Source: Burkholderiales bacterium (GTDB lineage Bacteria; Pseudomonadota; Gammaproteobacteria; Burkholderiales; SG8-39). From it: a stretch of DNA of 64,000 nt. The DNA lies in NCBI GenBank assembly GCA_035577785.1, contig DATLUZ010000226.1:1790-65789 (forward strand), read 5' to 3'. A program made the position numbers and the translations under genes. This document shows positions 9,188 through 17,889 of this stretch, in pieces (position 1 is the stretch's first letter; each line of letters starts with the position of its first letter). Under the pieces are notes generated by a model. That model was given only the letters and a program-made list of their open reading frames with translations. It was not told the DNA's origin and searched no databases.

Positions 9188-10268
9188 GCGCATCGGCCTC
9201 GCCATCGTCGGGGCCGGTCGCGTAGGCCTGTTCCGCGGCGAGGTGGCCGCGCGGCACCCGATGGTGGACTTCATCGGCCTATGCGACCTGAAGGCGGACC
9301 GGCTGGAGATGGTGCAAGGCAAGACGCGCGCCGACTTCGCCACCACCGACTTCCGCGAGCTGCTCAAGCGTCCCGAAATCACCGCCGCGATCATCGCCAC
9401 CGACGAGCACCTGCACGTCGAGCCGATCCTGGCGGCTGCGGAGCGGGGTTTGTCGTTGCTGATTGAAAAGCCTCTGGCTACGGAGCTCAAGGAGTCTCAG
9501 CGGGTGCTGGCTGCGATCCAGAAGGCGAAAATCGACGCGGTCGTCGGCTACACGCAGCGCTTCCGCAGGCGCTGGCTGGCGGCGAAGGAGAAGGTGCGCA
9601 CCGGTGCGCTGGGCGACGTGACGCTGGTCACCTCGCGCGCCTTCATGAACCGGCTGGTGGCGCTCGACAACTACCAGCGCACCAGCGACCCGTCGAAGAT
9701 CTCGCCCATGGTGATCTCCGGCACCCACGCGCTCGACGTCGTGATGTGGATGATGGAGGCGAAGCGCCCGGTCGAGATCTACGCCCGCTCGGTGGACAAG
9801 GCGCTCGGGCCGCTGTGCAAGGGAATCGATGCGACGGCTGGAACGGTAGTTTTTGAAGATGGAACTCTGTATCACTCGGTGATCTCGTGGGCTCTGCCGA
9901 AGGTGTGGCCCGGCGCGGTGTACAGCCTGGAAGTCGGCATCACGGGCACCGAGGGTGTGCTCACCATCGACGACACGCACCGCGACATCGTGCTCGCCAC
10001 CAGCCGCGCGCAGGGGGAAGGCTACGCGCCCGATTCCCAGAGGAGAGTCGATTTTCTGGGAAGCTATCCGCCCGGGGACATGGCGCTGGGCGAGCTGCGC
10101 GGCCCGATGCGCGAGGAGACCGAGCAGTGGCTGAACCGGGTTTCGATGGGCCTCACCACGCAGCACGCCACCGCGGCCGAGGCGCACGACCGGTTGATGC
10201 TGACGAAGGCGTTCGACAAATCGGCGCGGCTCAGAAAGCCGATACCACTACCCATCGCGGAGGAATGA
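9171..10268 (+). CDS. Gfo/Idh/MocA family oxidoreductase
   Basis: IVGAGRVG and LIEKPLA motifs. TTG start overlaps the previous paralog by 17 nt. Confidence 0.85.
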   Translation: MRRQPKRIGLAIVGAGRVGLFRGEVAARHPMVDFIGLCDLKADRLEMVQGKTRADFATTDFRELLKRPEITAAIIATDEHLHVEPILAAAERGLSLLIEKPLATELKESQRVLAAIQKAKIDAVVGYTQRFRRRWLAAKEKVRTGALGDVTLVTSRAFMNRLVALDNYQRTSDPSKISPMVISGTHALDVVMWMMEAKRPVEIYARSVDKALGPLCKGIDATAGTVVFEDGTLYHSVISWALPKVWPGAVYSLEVGITGTEGVLTIDDTHRDIVLATSRAQGEGYAPDSQRRVDFLGSYPPGDMALGELRGPMREETEQWLNRVSMGLTTQHATAAEAHDRLMLTKAFDKSARLRKPIPLPIAEE

Positions 10269-11230
10269 TGAAGCGACTGATCGGGGCGCTGCTGCTCGCA
10301 CCCTTGCTCGCGCTCGGGCAGGGATATCCCAACAAGCCGGTGAAGATGATCATCCCATTCGCGCCGGGTGGCGCATCCGACTTCGTCGGCCGCATCCTCC
10401 AGCCGAACCTGTCCGACCTGCTCGGACAGCAGGTGGTGATCGAGAACCGGCCGGGCGCTTCGGGCAACATCGGCGTGGAGGCCGCGGCGCGCTCCGCGCC
10501 CGACGGCTACACCATCTTCCTCGGCAACGTCGGCTCGGTCGCGATCAACCCGGGCGTGTTTCCGAAGCTGGCCGCCGACCCGCTCAAGGACCTGGTCGCG
10601 GTGACGCAGGTCGTGGACGTTCCCGGCGTGCTTGTCGCGCATCCGGGTTTCCCACCGAACAGCGTGAAGGAGTTCGTCGCTTACGCGAAGGCCAATCCGG
10701 GCAAGGTGAACTACGCCTCCCCTGGCAGCGGCAGCCAGAACCGCCTGGAGATGGAGAAGCTGCGCGAGGCTGCCGGCGGACTCGACATGGTGCATGTCCC
10801 CTACAAGGGCGGCGCGGGCCCGGCCGTGTCGGCGCTGGTCGCCGGCGAGACGCACCTGATGTTCGTTACCGCGTCGTCGGCGATGCCGATGATCAAGTCG
10901 GGGCGCCTGAAAGTGCTCGCGGTCGCCGCGCGGAAGCGTCTCGAGCCGCTGCCCGACGTGCCGACGATGAGCGAGGCGGGGTACCCGGCCTTCGAGACCG
11001 GCTCCTGGCAGGGCGTCTTCGTGCCGGCCGGCACGCCGAAGGACATCGTCGAGCGCCTTTACGCGGCGAGCGTCAAGACCATGCAGGCGCGCGAGGTGCG
11101 CGAGCGGCTCGCCCAGGGCGGCGTCGAGGTCGTGACCAGCGCCTCGCCCGCGGCATTCGAACGCTTCGTCGCGGACGAGACTGCGCGCTGGGGCAAGGCC
11201 GCGAAGCAGGCGGGAGCGACCGTCGACTGA
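10265..11230 (+). CDS. Bug/TctC-family substrate-binding protein
   Basis: Signal peptide, then YPNKPVKMIIPFAPGGASD. ATGA overlap with the upstream gene. Confidence 0.9.
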   Translation: MMKRLIGALLLAPLLALGQGYPNKPVKMIIPFAPGGASDFVGRILQPNLSDLLGQQVVIENRPGASGNIGVEAAARSAPDGYTIFLGNVGSVAINPGVFPKLAADPLKDLVAVTQVVDVPGVLVAHPGFPPNSVKEFVAYAKANPGKVNYASPGSGSQNRLEMEKLREAAGGLDMVHVPYKGGAGPAVSALVAGETHLMFVTASSAMPMIKSGRLKVLAVAARKRLEPLPDVPTMSEAGYPAFETGSWQGVFVPAGTPKDIVERLYAASVKTMQAREVRERLAQGGVEVVTSASPAAFERFVADETARWGKAAKQAGATVD

Positions 11231-11234
11231 CCCC

Positions 11235-11260
11235 AAAATCAGGGACAGACCACAATTTTT
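11235..11260. repeat. Solo arm of the MITE/REP-like element found at 28457-28575
   Basis: AAATCAGGGACAGACCAC (11236-11253) is identical to 18 nt of the element arm and is also followed by a T-run. Lies in a 43-nt intergenic gap. Confidence 0.5.
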
Positions 11261-11273
11261 TTCCGATGACTCT

Positions 11274-12278
11274 ATGAGCACACTCAACATCGGCGTCATT
11301 GGCCTGGGCTGGTGGGGGCGGGTGATCGTGCCGCTCGCCAAATCGAGCGCGAAGCTGCGCGTCGTCGCCGTGGCCGATCCGGACCCCGCGGCCGCCGAGT
11401 TCGCCAGGCAGCAGGCCGTTCCCCTCGCAAAGAGCTATGACGACGTTCTCGCGGATCGCGAAGTCCAGGGGGTAGTCCTGTGCACGCCGCACACGCTGCA
11501 TACCGACCAGATCGTGCGCGCGGCGAACGCGGGCAAGCACGTCTTCTGCGAGAAGCCGCTGTCGCTTTCGCGCCAAGATGTTCTTAAGGCAGTCAAGAGC
11601 TGCAACGACAACCGCGTCGCGCTTGGGGTTGGACATGAAAAGCGCTTCGAGCCGCCGATCCAGGAGCTGATGCGCATGGTGAAGGCGGGCGAGCTCGGCA
11701 CGCCGCTGCAGATCGAGGCCAACTTCGTGCAGGACAAGTTCCTCACGCTGCCGCCGGACAACTGGCGCCTTTCGGCGAAGGAGGCGCCCGCCGGGCCCAT
11801 GACCGCGACCGGGATCCATCTGCTCGACCTCTCGGTGGGCGTGATGGGACCGGCCGAGCGCGTGCTCGCGTCCGTGAGGACGCTCGGCAGCGAGCTCAGG
11901 AACGGCGACACGCTCGGCATCCTGGTCAACTTCAGGAGCGGCGCGAACGCCCTCCTGAGCGCGATCCTTGCCACGCCTTTCGACGGGCGCTTCGCCGTCT
12001 ACGGATCGAAGGGCTGGGCCGAGGTGCGCGACAAGGCGCATCCCGAGTCGCCGCGCGGCTGGACGCTGACCACCCATCTGAGAGGCGGGGAAAAGGAGAC
12101 GCGGGACTATCCGCCGGCCAAAGCGGTGCTCGCCAACCTCGAGGCCTTCGCCGACGCAGCAGTGGGCGGCGCGCCTTATCCCGTGCCGCAGGCGGAGATG
12201 ATCGCCAACGTCTCGGCGCTGGAAGCCATCTTTCGCTCTGCCGCCCGCGGGGAGGTGCAACGGGTGGATAACGGCTAG
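11274..12278 (+). CDS. Gfo/Idh/MocA family oxidoreductase
   Basis: VIGLGWWG and FCEKPLS motifs. Confidence 0.85.
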   Translation: MSTLNIGVIGLGWWGRVIVPLAKSSAKLRVVAVADPDPAAAEFARQQAVPLAKSYDDVLADREVQGVVLCTPHTLHTDQIVRAANAGKHVFCEKPLSLSRQDVLKAVKSCNDNRVALGVGHEKRFEPPIQELMRMVKAGELGTPLQIEANFVQDKFLTLPPDNWRLSAKEAPAGPMTATGIHLLDLSVGVMGPAERVLASVRTLGSELRNGDTLGILVNFRSGANALLSAILATPFDGRFAVYGSKGWAEVRDKAHPESPRGWTLTTHLRGGEKETRDYPPAKAVLANLEAFADAAVGGAPYPVPQAEMIANVSALEAIFRSAARGEVQRVDNG

Positions 12279-12926
12279 TTAGGCGCCTTTAGGGAGCGAC
12301 GATGGCCGACGAGTCCTACGAGGACGACGGCGCGTTCTTGTCAACGAGCGCTTTCGGTAGGCCCGGTTCTTAGTCCGGTTCCCGCAGATCGACATTGCGC
12401 ACCATGCTGCCGAGCGGTTCTTGGAGCGGTCGTAGAACCCATAGCCGCACTGCCGGCATCCTTTGAACCGGGCCCAGGTACCGCTTACCCGGGCCTCGTG
12501 GAGGATTGCCAGCAAGGCTGCGATCGCCCGGCAGACCCCGCTCGGCGGCGGCTCAAGCGTCGTGCGACCGCGAGGGTCGAACCTCACGCGCAGCGTGGCC
12601 TTTGAAGAAGCAACCCGGAGGCGTTGGACGACCTCGACGCGCGGGACGATTCCCTGATTTGCGAGGGCCAGTTCACGCAGCGCCTCCCGAACCTCTCGCA
12701 GTTGAGCGGCATCCTGAGCGCTGATTCGGGTCCCTTTTGCGACGAGCTTCTTGGCAATAAGCCATGAACTCGCCTTCTCCGGCGCGCAAAGGCGATCCCA
12801 CTCTGCCGGTAAATCGCGGTTCCAAGTGTTTACGAAGCGCTGGAGCAGCCCGAGCCGGCCGGGGGCCTTGGGCCGGCCACCTGGCTCAATCTGCTCGCCC
12901 AGCCGTCGCTTGTTGCGCTCGTTCAC
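12279..12926 (-). CDS. CGNR zinc-finger (ABATE-type) putative transcriptional regulator
   Basis: C-terminal CRQCGYGFYDRSKNRSAAWCAMSICGNRTKNRAYRKR (Cx2C...CGNR signature). GTG start. Lies in a lower-GC patch. Confidence 0.8.
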   Translation of the reverse strand: MNERNKRRLGEQIEPGGRPKAPGRLGLLQRFVNTWNRDLPAEWDRLCAPEKASSWLIAKKLVAKGTRISAQDAAQLREVREALRELALANQGIVPRVEVVQRLRVASSKATLRVRFDPRGRTTLEPPPSGVCRAIAALLAILHEARVSGTWARFKGCRQCGYGFYDRSKNRSAAWCAMSICGNRTKNRAYRKRSLTRTRRRPRRTRRPSSLPKGA

Positions 12927-12954
12927 AGTCGTGATAGGCAGACAACACCTGAGA

Positions 12955-12979
12955 GACCAGTATAACGATTATGATGGTC
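12955..12979. promoter_or_regulatory. Imperfect 25-bp palindrome, candidate operator
   Basis: GACCAGTATAA-CGA-TTATGATGGTC, 9 of 11 arm positions complementary. Lies 29 nt upstream of the CGNR gene start, in the divergent intergenic region. Confidence 0.3.
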
Positions 12980-13089
12980 ACGGTCGGAGGCATGGGACTT
13001 GCTCACTTTTGGATACGAGGCGTTGGCGACCGACTATTGCTTGGCTCGTGCTGGTGGATCGCCCGCCGCAGCTACTTGTAAGGACCCCT

Positions 13090-13488
13090 GTGAAACATCG
13101 TGCAACCGCATCGTTCAAGAACACCTCTCACGACCAAGCAGCGCATGGAGAACCGGGCGACGGTCCGCCGCTGTCGCGAATCAATCTCGCGCGCGAGTTT
13201 ACCGGCGATCTTGTCGGGAAAAGCACCGCCGAGCTGTTAGCCTGTACGTCCGGCCCGGATCGCTTCGGCTACGTCGGGGTTGACCGTTTCACCGGCAGGC
13301 TGAAAGGCCGGTCCGGAAGCTTCGTCTTTCAGCACGGGGGAATGCACGATAAGGGAACGCTGCGGCCGTTCGGCTATGTCGTAGCGGGTTCCGGTACCGA
13401 CGAACTGAAGGGACTTCTCGGCGAAGTCAAGATTTCCGTCACTCCTGCGGGAGCACATACCATCGAATTGGATTACGACTTCGAATAG
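13090..13488 (+). CDS. DUF3224-like protein
   Basis: Pattern FTGDLVGKSTAELL...GYVGVDRFTGRLKGRSGSFVFQHGG...VVAGSGTDELKGL...H.IELDY as I remember DUF3224. GTG 13090; the upstream part of the 245-aa ORF is antisense to the CGNR gene. Confidence 0.65.
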   Translation: MKHRATASFKNTSHDQAAHGEPGDGPPLSRINLAREFTGDLVGKSTAELLACTSGPDRFGYVGVDRFTGRLKGRSGSFVFQHGGMHDKGTLRPFGYVVAGSGTDELKGLLGEVKISVTPAGAHTIELDYDFE

Positions 13489-13507
13489 TGGTCCGAGGAG
13501 ACAAGCG

Positions 13508-13807
13508 ATGATTTCGCGACAGTGGTGCGGCATAGCGAGAAATGCGGATGCAGATCGCTATGTCGCCCACCTGAGAACGGAAACCTTTCCCGCGCTTTCA
13601 CGTATTGCCGGATTCGTCGGCGCCTCGATTCTCCGGAGAAGCGTGCCGAAGGGTGTGGAGTTCCGGATCGTCACGACCTGGACTTCCAAGCAAGCGATCG
13701 CGAGGTTCGCCGGCGAAAAGCCGGACTCGGCGGTCGTGCCGGAGAAGGTCCAGTCGATGATGGTGACCTACCATCGGACTGTCGAGCATTACGAGGTTGT
13801 CGAATGA
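13508..13807 (+). CDS. ABM (antibiotic biosynthesis monooxygenase)/Dabb-like small protein
   Basis: 99 aa. Ferredoxin-like pattern ...YVAHLRTETFPALSRIAGFVGASILRR...FRIVTTWTSKQAIARFAG. Confidence 0.6.
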   Translation: MISRQWCGIARNADADRYVAHLRTETFPALSRIAGFVGASILRRSVPKGVEFRIVTTWTSKQAIARFAGEKPDSAVVPEKVQSMMVTYHRTVEHYEVVE

Positions 13808-14297
13808 GGTGTCGTTACCGGAACCGTCCTACATGACCACTCCAATAGCGCATGAAGCCTGCATCCCGAATCCCGCACTGCAGCCTCTAGCCTTCCTAAT
13901 CGGTGACTGGTCTACTGTCGGATCCCATCCGATGCTTCCCGGCAAGATACTCCACGGCCGGACGTCCTTCTCGTGGGCCGACGGAGGCGCGTTTCTCGTG
14001 ATGCGTTCCGAGATCGATGAACCGGAGGTCCCCAGCGGCATCGCTGTCATCGGTACAGATGGCGATTCCAAGGAATGCTTCATGCTCTACTTCGACCAGC
14101 GCGGTGTGTCTCGCCGATACATGGTGGCCCTGCGCAGCGACGAGTGGCGCTGGTGGCGCGACAACCCTGGCTTCTCCCAGAGATTCACCGGCAGCCTCGT
14201 CGACGGAGGCACCCGCATCGTAGGCAAGGGTGAGCTCTGCCGCGACGGCGTCAATTGGGAAGGCGACCTCGACCTCACCTACACACGGATCTCTTAG
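13797..14297 (+). CDS. hypothetical protein, possible DUF1579/calycin-like beta-barrel
   Basis: LAFLIGDWSTVG motif near the N-terminus. TTG 13797 or ATG 13833 is the start. Family assignment is tentative. Confidence 0.5.
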   Translation: MSNEVSLPEPSYMTTPIAHEACIPNPALQPLAFLIGDWSTVGSHPMLPGKILHGRTSFSWADGGAFLVMRSEIDEPEVPSGIAVIGTDGDSKECFMLYFDQRGVSRRYMVALRSDEWRWWRDNPGFSQRFTGSLVDGGTRIVGKGELCRDGVNWEGDLDLTYTRIS

Positions 14298-14335
14298 CGC
14301 CGGTCCACTTGGCAGGCGCGGCTCGATCTTTTGTT

Positions 14336-15310
14336 CTATTCCACTTTGATCTTCGTCCCGCGCAGGAACTGACCCCACTCCTGGGTCTCCTTGCGCACGA
14401 GATCGTTGAAGGCCTGCGGCGACGCCGAGACGGTCACCGTCAGCATCTTTCCGGCGAGGTCTTCCTTCTCCTCGCGCTTGTTCAGCGCCGCGGCGACCGA
14501 CGCGTAGAGCCGGTCCACCACCGGCTTCGGCGTGCCCGCCGGCGCGAACATTCCCTGCCAGGCGTTCGTGCCGATGCCGGGAAAGCCCTGTTCGGCGAGC
14601 GTGGGCACGTTGGGCAGCTCGGGCAGGCGGTGGGTCGGGATCGCGGCGAGCGCTTTCAGCCGGCCGCTCTTGATGTGCGGCAGGAGCGAGGCCATGTTGA
14701 AGAATGCGAGCTGCACCTCTCCGGAGATCATGGCGGGAATCGCCTGGCCGGCGCCGCCCTTGTACGGCACGTGCGTGAGCTCGATGCCGGCCGCCTTCAT
14801 GAACCGCTCCATGTCGAGGTGCGGGTAGCTTCCCACGCCGACGGAAGCGAAGTTGATCTTCCCCGGCTCTTTCTTCGCCGCCGCGATCAGCTCGGCGATC
14901 GAGTTGGCCGGGAAGCTCGCGCTCGCCACGACGATGTGCGGGATTTCCACCAGCTTGGTGATTCCCACCAGGTCGCGCGAGGGCTGGATCGTGAGCTGCT
15001 CGCGGTAGATGTTCTCGTTGATGGCGTTGGTGGACACGTTGCCGACCAGCAGCGTGTAGCCGTCGGGCGTCGCCTTCGCCGCCGCCTCGAGCGCGAGGTT
15101 GCCGTTCGCGCCCGTGCGGTTCTCGACCACGAAGCTCTGGCCGAGCGACTCGGTGAGCTTGGCGGAGACGATCCGCGCGATGATGTCGGTGGCGCCGCCG
15201 GGCGCGTAGGGCACGAGCACCCTCACCGGGCGGCTGGGATAGGGATCTTGCGCTGCGGCAGCCAGACTGACGGCGAGCAGCAGCGCGCCGGTGAACCGCA
15301 CTATTATCAT
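14336..15310 (-). CDS. Bug/TctC-family substrate-binding protein
   Basis: Signal peptide, then DPYPSRPVRVLVPYAPGGATD. SD GGAGGAGG precedes ATG 15310. Confidence 0.9.
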   Translation of the reverse strand: MIIVRFTGALLLAVSLAAAAQDPYPSRPVRVLVPYAPGGATDIIARIVSAKLTESLGQSFVVENRTGANGNLALEAAAKATPDGYTLLVGNVSTNAINENIYREQLTIQPSRDLVGITKLVEIPHIVVASASFPANSIAELIAAAKKEPGKINFASVGVGSYPHLDMERFMKAAGIELTHVPYKGGAGQAIPAMISGEVQLAFFNMASLLPHIKSGRLKALAAIPTHRLPELPNVPTLAEQGFPGIGTNAWQGMFAPAGTPKPVVDRLYASVAAALNKREEKEDLAGKMLTVTVSASPQAFNDLVRKETQEWGQFLRGTKIKVE

Positions 15311-15348
15311 TTTTCCTCCTCCAACGATGGCGCTTCGCATCATACCCG

Positions 15349-16176
15349 GTGAAGACGACGCTCGTTTCGATCCCCACCGAAACCGTGCCGCTCGACGGCG
15401 CCTGGCATGAACCCGAGGGCGCCGCCTCCGGCGCGGCGCTGCTCTTCCACGGCAACACGATGAACTTCTACCAGGGCGCGCCGCGCTTCCTGCCGCCGGC
15501 GCTCGCGCGCATGGGGCTTGCCTCTCTCGCGTTCAACCGTCGCGGCCGCGACATCCTCGGCATCCGGGACAGCCGCGCCGCAGAGGGCGCCGCGTTTCAG
15601 ACCTACGCCGAGGCGATCGACGACAACCGCATCGCGGCCGCGTGGCTCGCGGCGCGCGGCTTTCCCGATCCGGTGGTGATCGGGCACAGCAACGGCGGAA
15701 CACTCGCCGTGCGTCATGTTGCGGACCATCCTCGCACCGGCGCGCTGGTACTGCTCTCTGCGCACTGCGGCGGGCGGGAGATGGTGCGCCGCGCGAGCCA
15801 GGCGGGGCTTCTTGCCAAAGAAAAATTAGAGGAATTGAGTGGCTTGGCGCGGCAGATGGTCGAGGAGGGTCAGGGTCGCGAGCTCATGCTGCTGCCCGGA
15901 TGGTGGTACGTCACGAGCGCGGCCAGCTTCGTCGACGCGCTGGAGAACTGCCCGGACGTCCTCGCGCTCGCCCCGCGGGTGCGCTGCCCGGTGCTCTACC
16001 TGCGGGGCGACCGGGAGCCGCGCGGGCTTTATCCGGCGGAAGCCTTCGCCGACCTGTCGGGCGGCCCCTGCAACGTCGAAATCGTGCCGAACTGCGACCA
16101 CTTCTATGCCGGACGCGAGGACGCCGTTTCGACGATTGTTTGCTCGTGGCTGGCGAATGCTTTAAAACGCCCCTGA
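15349..16176 (+). CDS. alpha/beta hydrolase
   Basis: Nucleophile elbow GHSNGG and C-terminal NCDHFY (catalytic His region). GTG start. Confidence 0.8.
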   Translation: MKTTLVSIPTETVPLDGAWHEPEGAASGAALLFHGNTMNFYQGAPRFLPPALARMGLASLAFNRRGRDILGIRDSRAAEGAAFQTYAEAIDDNRIAAAWLAARGFPDPVVIGHSNGGTLAVRHVADHPRTGALVLLSAHCGGREMVRRASQAGLLAKEKLEELSGLARQMVEEGQGRELMLLPGWWYVTSAASFVDALENCPDVLALAPRVRCPVLYLRGDREPRGLYPAEAFADLSGGPCNVEIVPNCDHFYAGREDAVSTIVCSWLANALKRP

Positions 16177-16182
16177 GGAGGA

Positions 16183-17889
16183 GTGATGCGCATCGATTAC
16201 GACGTCCCGGTCGCCATGGACGACGGCCTGGTGCTGCGCGCCGACGTCTATAGGCCAGATGAGCGGCCTTCGGCCGAGGGGCGCTATCCGGTCATCCTGA
16301 GCTACGGGCCCTACGCCAAGGGCCTCGCGTTCCAGGACGGCTATCCGAGCGCGTGGCAGCGCATGATCACCGAGCACCCGGACGTCGCGTACGGCTCGAG
16401 CAACATCCACCAGAGCTGGGAGGTGGTCGATCCCGAAAAGTGGGTGCCGGAGGGCTACGTCTGCGTGCGGGTCGATTCGCGCGGCGCCGGCCGCTCGCCG
16501 GGTTACATCGATCACTTCTCGCCGCGCGAGACGCGGGACTTCTACGACTGCATCGAATGGGAGGGCGTGCAGCCCTGGTCGAACGGCAAGGTGGGCCTCA
16601 GCGGCATCTCGTACTACGGCATCAACCAGTGGCACGTCGCCTCGCTGCAGCCGCCGCACCTCGCCGCGATGATCATCTGGGAAGGCGCGGCCGACTGGTA
16701 CCGCGACATGACGCACCACGGCGGCATCGTCTGCACCTTCTGGGCGAACTGGTACGACATGCAGGTGAAGACGGTGCAGTACGGCCTGGGCGAGCGCGGG
16801 CCGCGCAGCCGTGCCACCGGCAAGCTCGTGTGCGGCGACGAGACGCTGTCCGACCGCGAGCTGCAGCGGAACCGCTGCGACTTCGGCGACGAGATCCTCG
16901 CGCATCCGCTCGACGACGATTACAACAAGGCGCGCTCGCCGCAATGGGACAAGGTGACGGCGCCGTTTCTTTCCGCGGCGAACTGGGGCGGGCAGGGACT
17001 TCATCCGCGCGGCAACTTCGAAGGCTTCGTGCGCGCCGCGTCGAAGGACAAGTGGCTCGAGGCCCACGGCATCGAGCACTGGACGCACTTCTATACCGAT
17101 TACGGGCGCGAGCTTCAGCTGCGGTTTTTCGATCATTTCCTCAAGGGGGAGGGAGATTGGAAAAACCAGCCCCGTGTGCAGCTCCAGGTGCGGCATCTCG
17201 ACCGCTTCGTCGAGCGCCACGAGAACGAGTGGCCGCTCGCGCGCACGCAATGGACGAAACTCCACCTTCACAAGGACTTCCAGCTGAAATCGGGGACCGA
17301 CCCCGATTCCTCATCGGCGGTCGCCTTCGAGGCGCTGGGCGAGGGCGTCACGTTCCTCTCCGAGCCGCTCGGCAGGCAGACCGAGATCACCGGCCCGCTC
17401 GCCGCGCGGCTGACGATTTCGTCCACGACGGCCGACGCCGATCTTTTTCTGATCTTCCGCGTTTTCACTCCCGATCTGCGCGAAGTCACCTTCATGGGGG
17501 CGATCGACCCGCACACCCCCGTCGCGCAGGGCTGGCTGCGCGCCTCGCATCGCAAGCTCGACCCGCGCCTCTCTACGCCGTATCGGCCCTACCACACGCA
17601 TGACCAGAAGCAACCCTTGAAAAAAGCAGAGGCCGTGACGCTGGATGTGGAGCTGTGGCCCACGTCGATCGTCGTCCCGGCCGGGTACCGGCTCGCGCTC
17701 TCGGTGCGGGGCCGCGATTACGAATGGCAGAGCTCGACCGGCGCGCGCCTGTCCAACTTCAAGAACGAGCTGCGCGGCTGCGGGCCGTTCCTGCACAACG
17801 ACCCGCGCGACCGGCCTGCCGCGCTTTTCGGCGGTACGACCACGCTGCACCTCAAGGATTCCTACGTCCTCTTACCGGTGATCCCATGA
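16183..17889 (+). CDS. CocE/NonD family hydrolase (S15 X-Pro dipeptidyl-peptidase-like)
   Basis: N-terminus MRIDYDVPVAMDDGLVLRADVYRP...PVILSYGPY. Nucleophile motif GISYYG. 568 aa. Confidence 0.9.
   Translation: MMRIDYDVPVAMDDGLVLRADVYRPDERPSAEGRYPVILSYGPYAKGLAFQDGYPSAWQRMITEHPDVAYGSSNIHQSWEVVDPEKWVPEGYVCVRVDSRGAGRSPGYIDHFSPRETRDFYDCIEWEGVQPWSNGKVGLSGISYYGINQWHVASLQPPHLAAMIIWEGAADWYRDMTHHGGIVCTFWANWYDMQVKTVQYGLGERGPRSRATGKLVCGDETLSDRELQRNRCDFGDEILAHPLDDDYNKARSPQWDKVTAPFLSAANWGGQGLHPRGNFEGFVRAASKDKWLEAHGIEHWTHFYTDYGRELQLRFFDHFLKGEGDWKNQPRVQLQVRHLDRFVERHENEWPLARTQWTKLHLHKDFQLKSGTDPDSSSAVAFEALGEGVTFLSEPLGRQTEITGPLAARLTISSTTADADLFLIFRVFTPDLREVTFMGAIDPHTPVAQGWLRASHRKLDPRLSTPYRPYHTHDQKQPLKKAEAVTLDVELWPTSIVVPAGYRLALSVRGRDYEWQSSTGARLSNFKNELRGCGPFLHNDPRDRPAALFGGTTTLHLKDSYVLLPVIP

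Noticed and set aside
12270-14335. TTAGGCGCC (about 12279) versus TTAGCGCCGG (about 14295) as possible direct repeats bounding the lower-GC islet.
   Set aside because: Only about 8 nt of imperfect similarity, both overlapping stop-codon regions. This is not convincing as att-like repeats.
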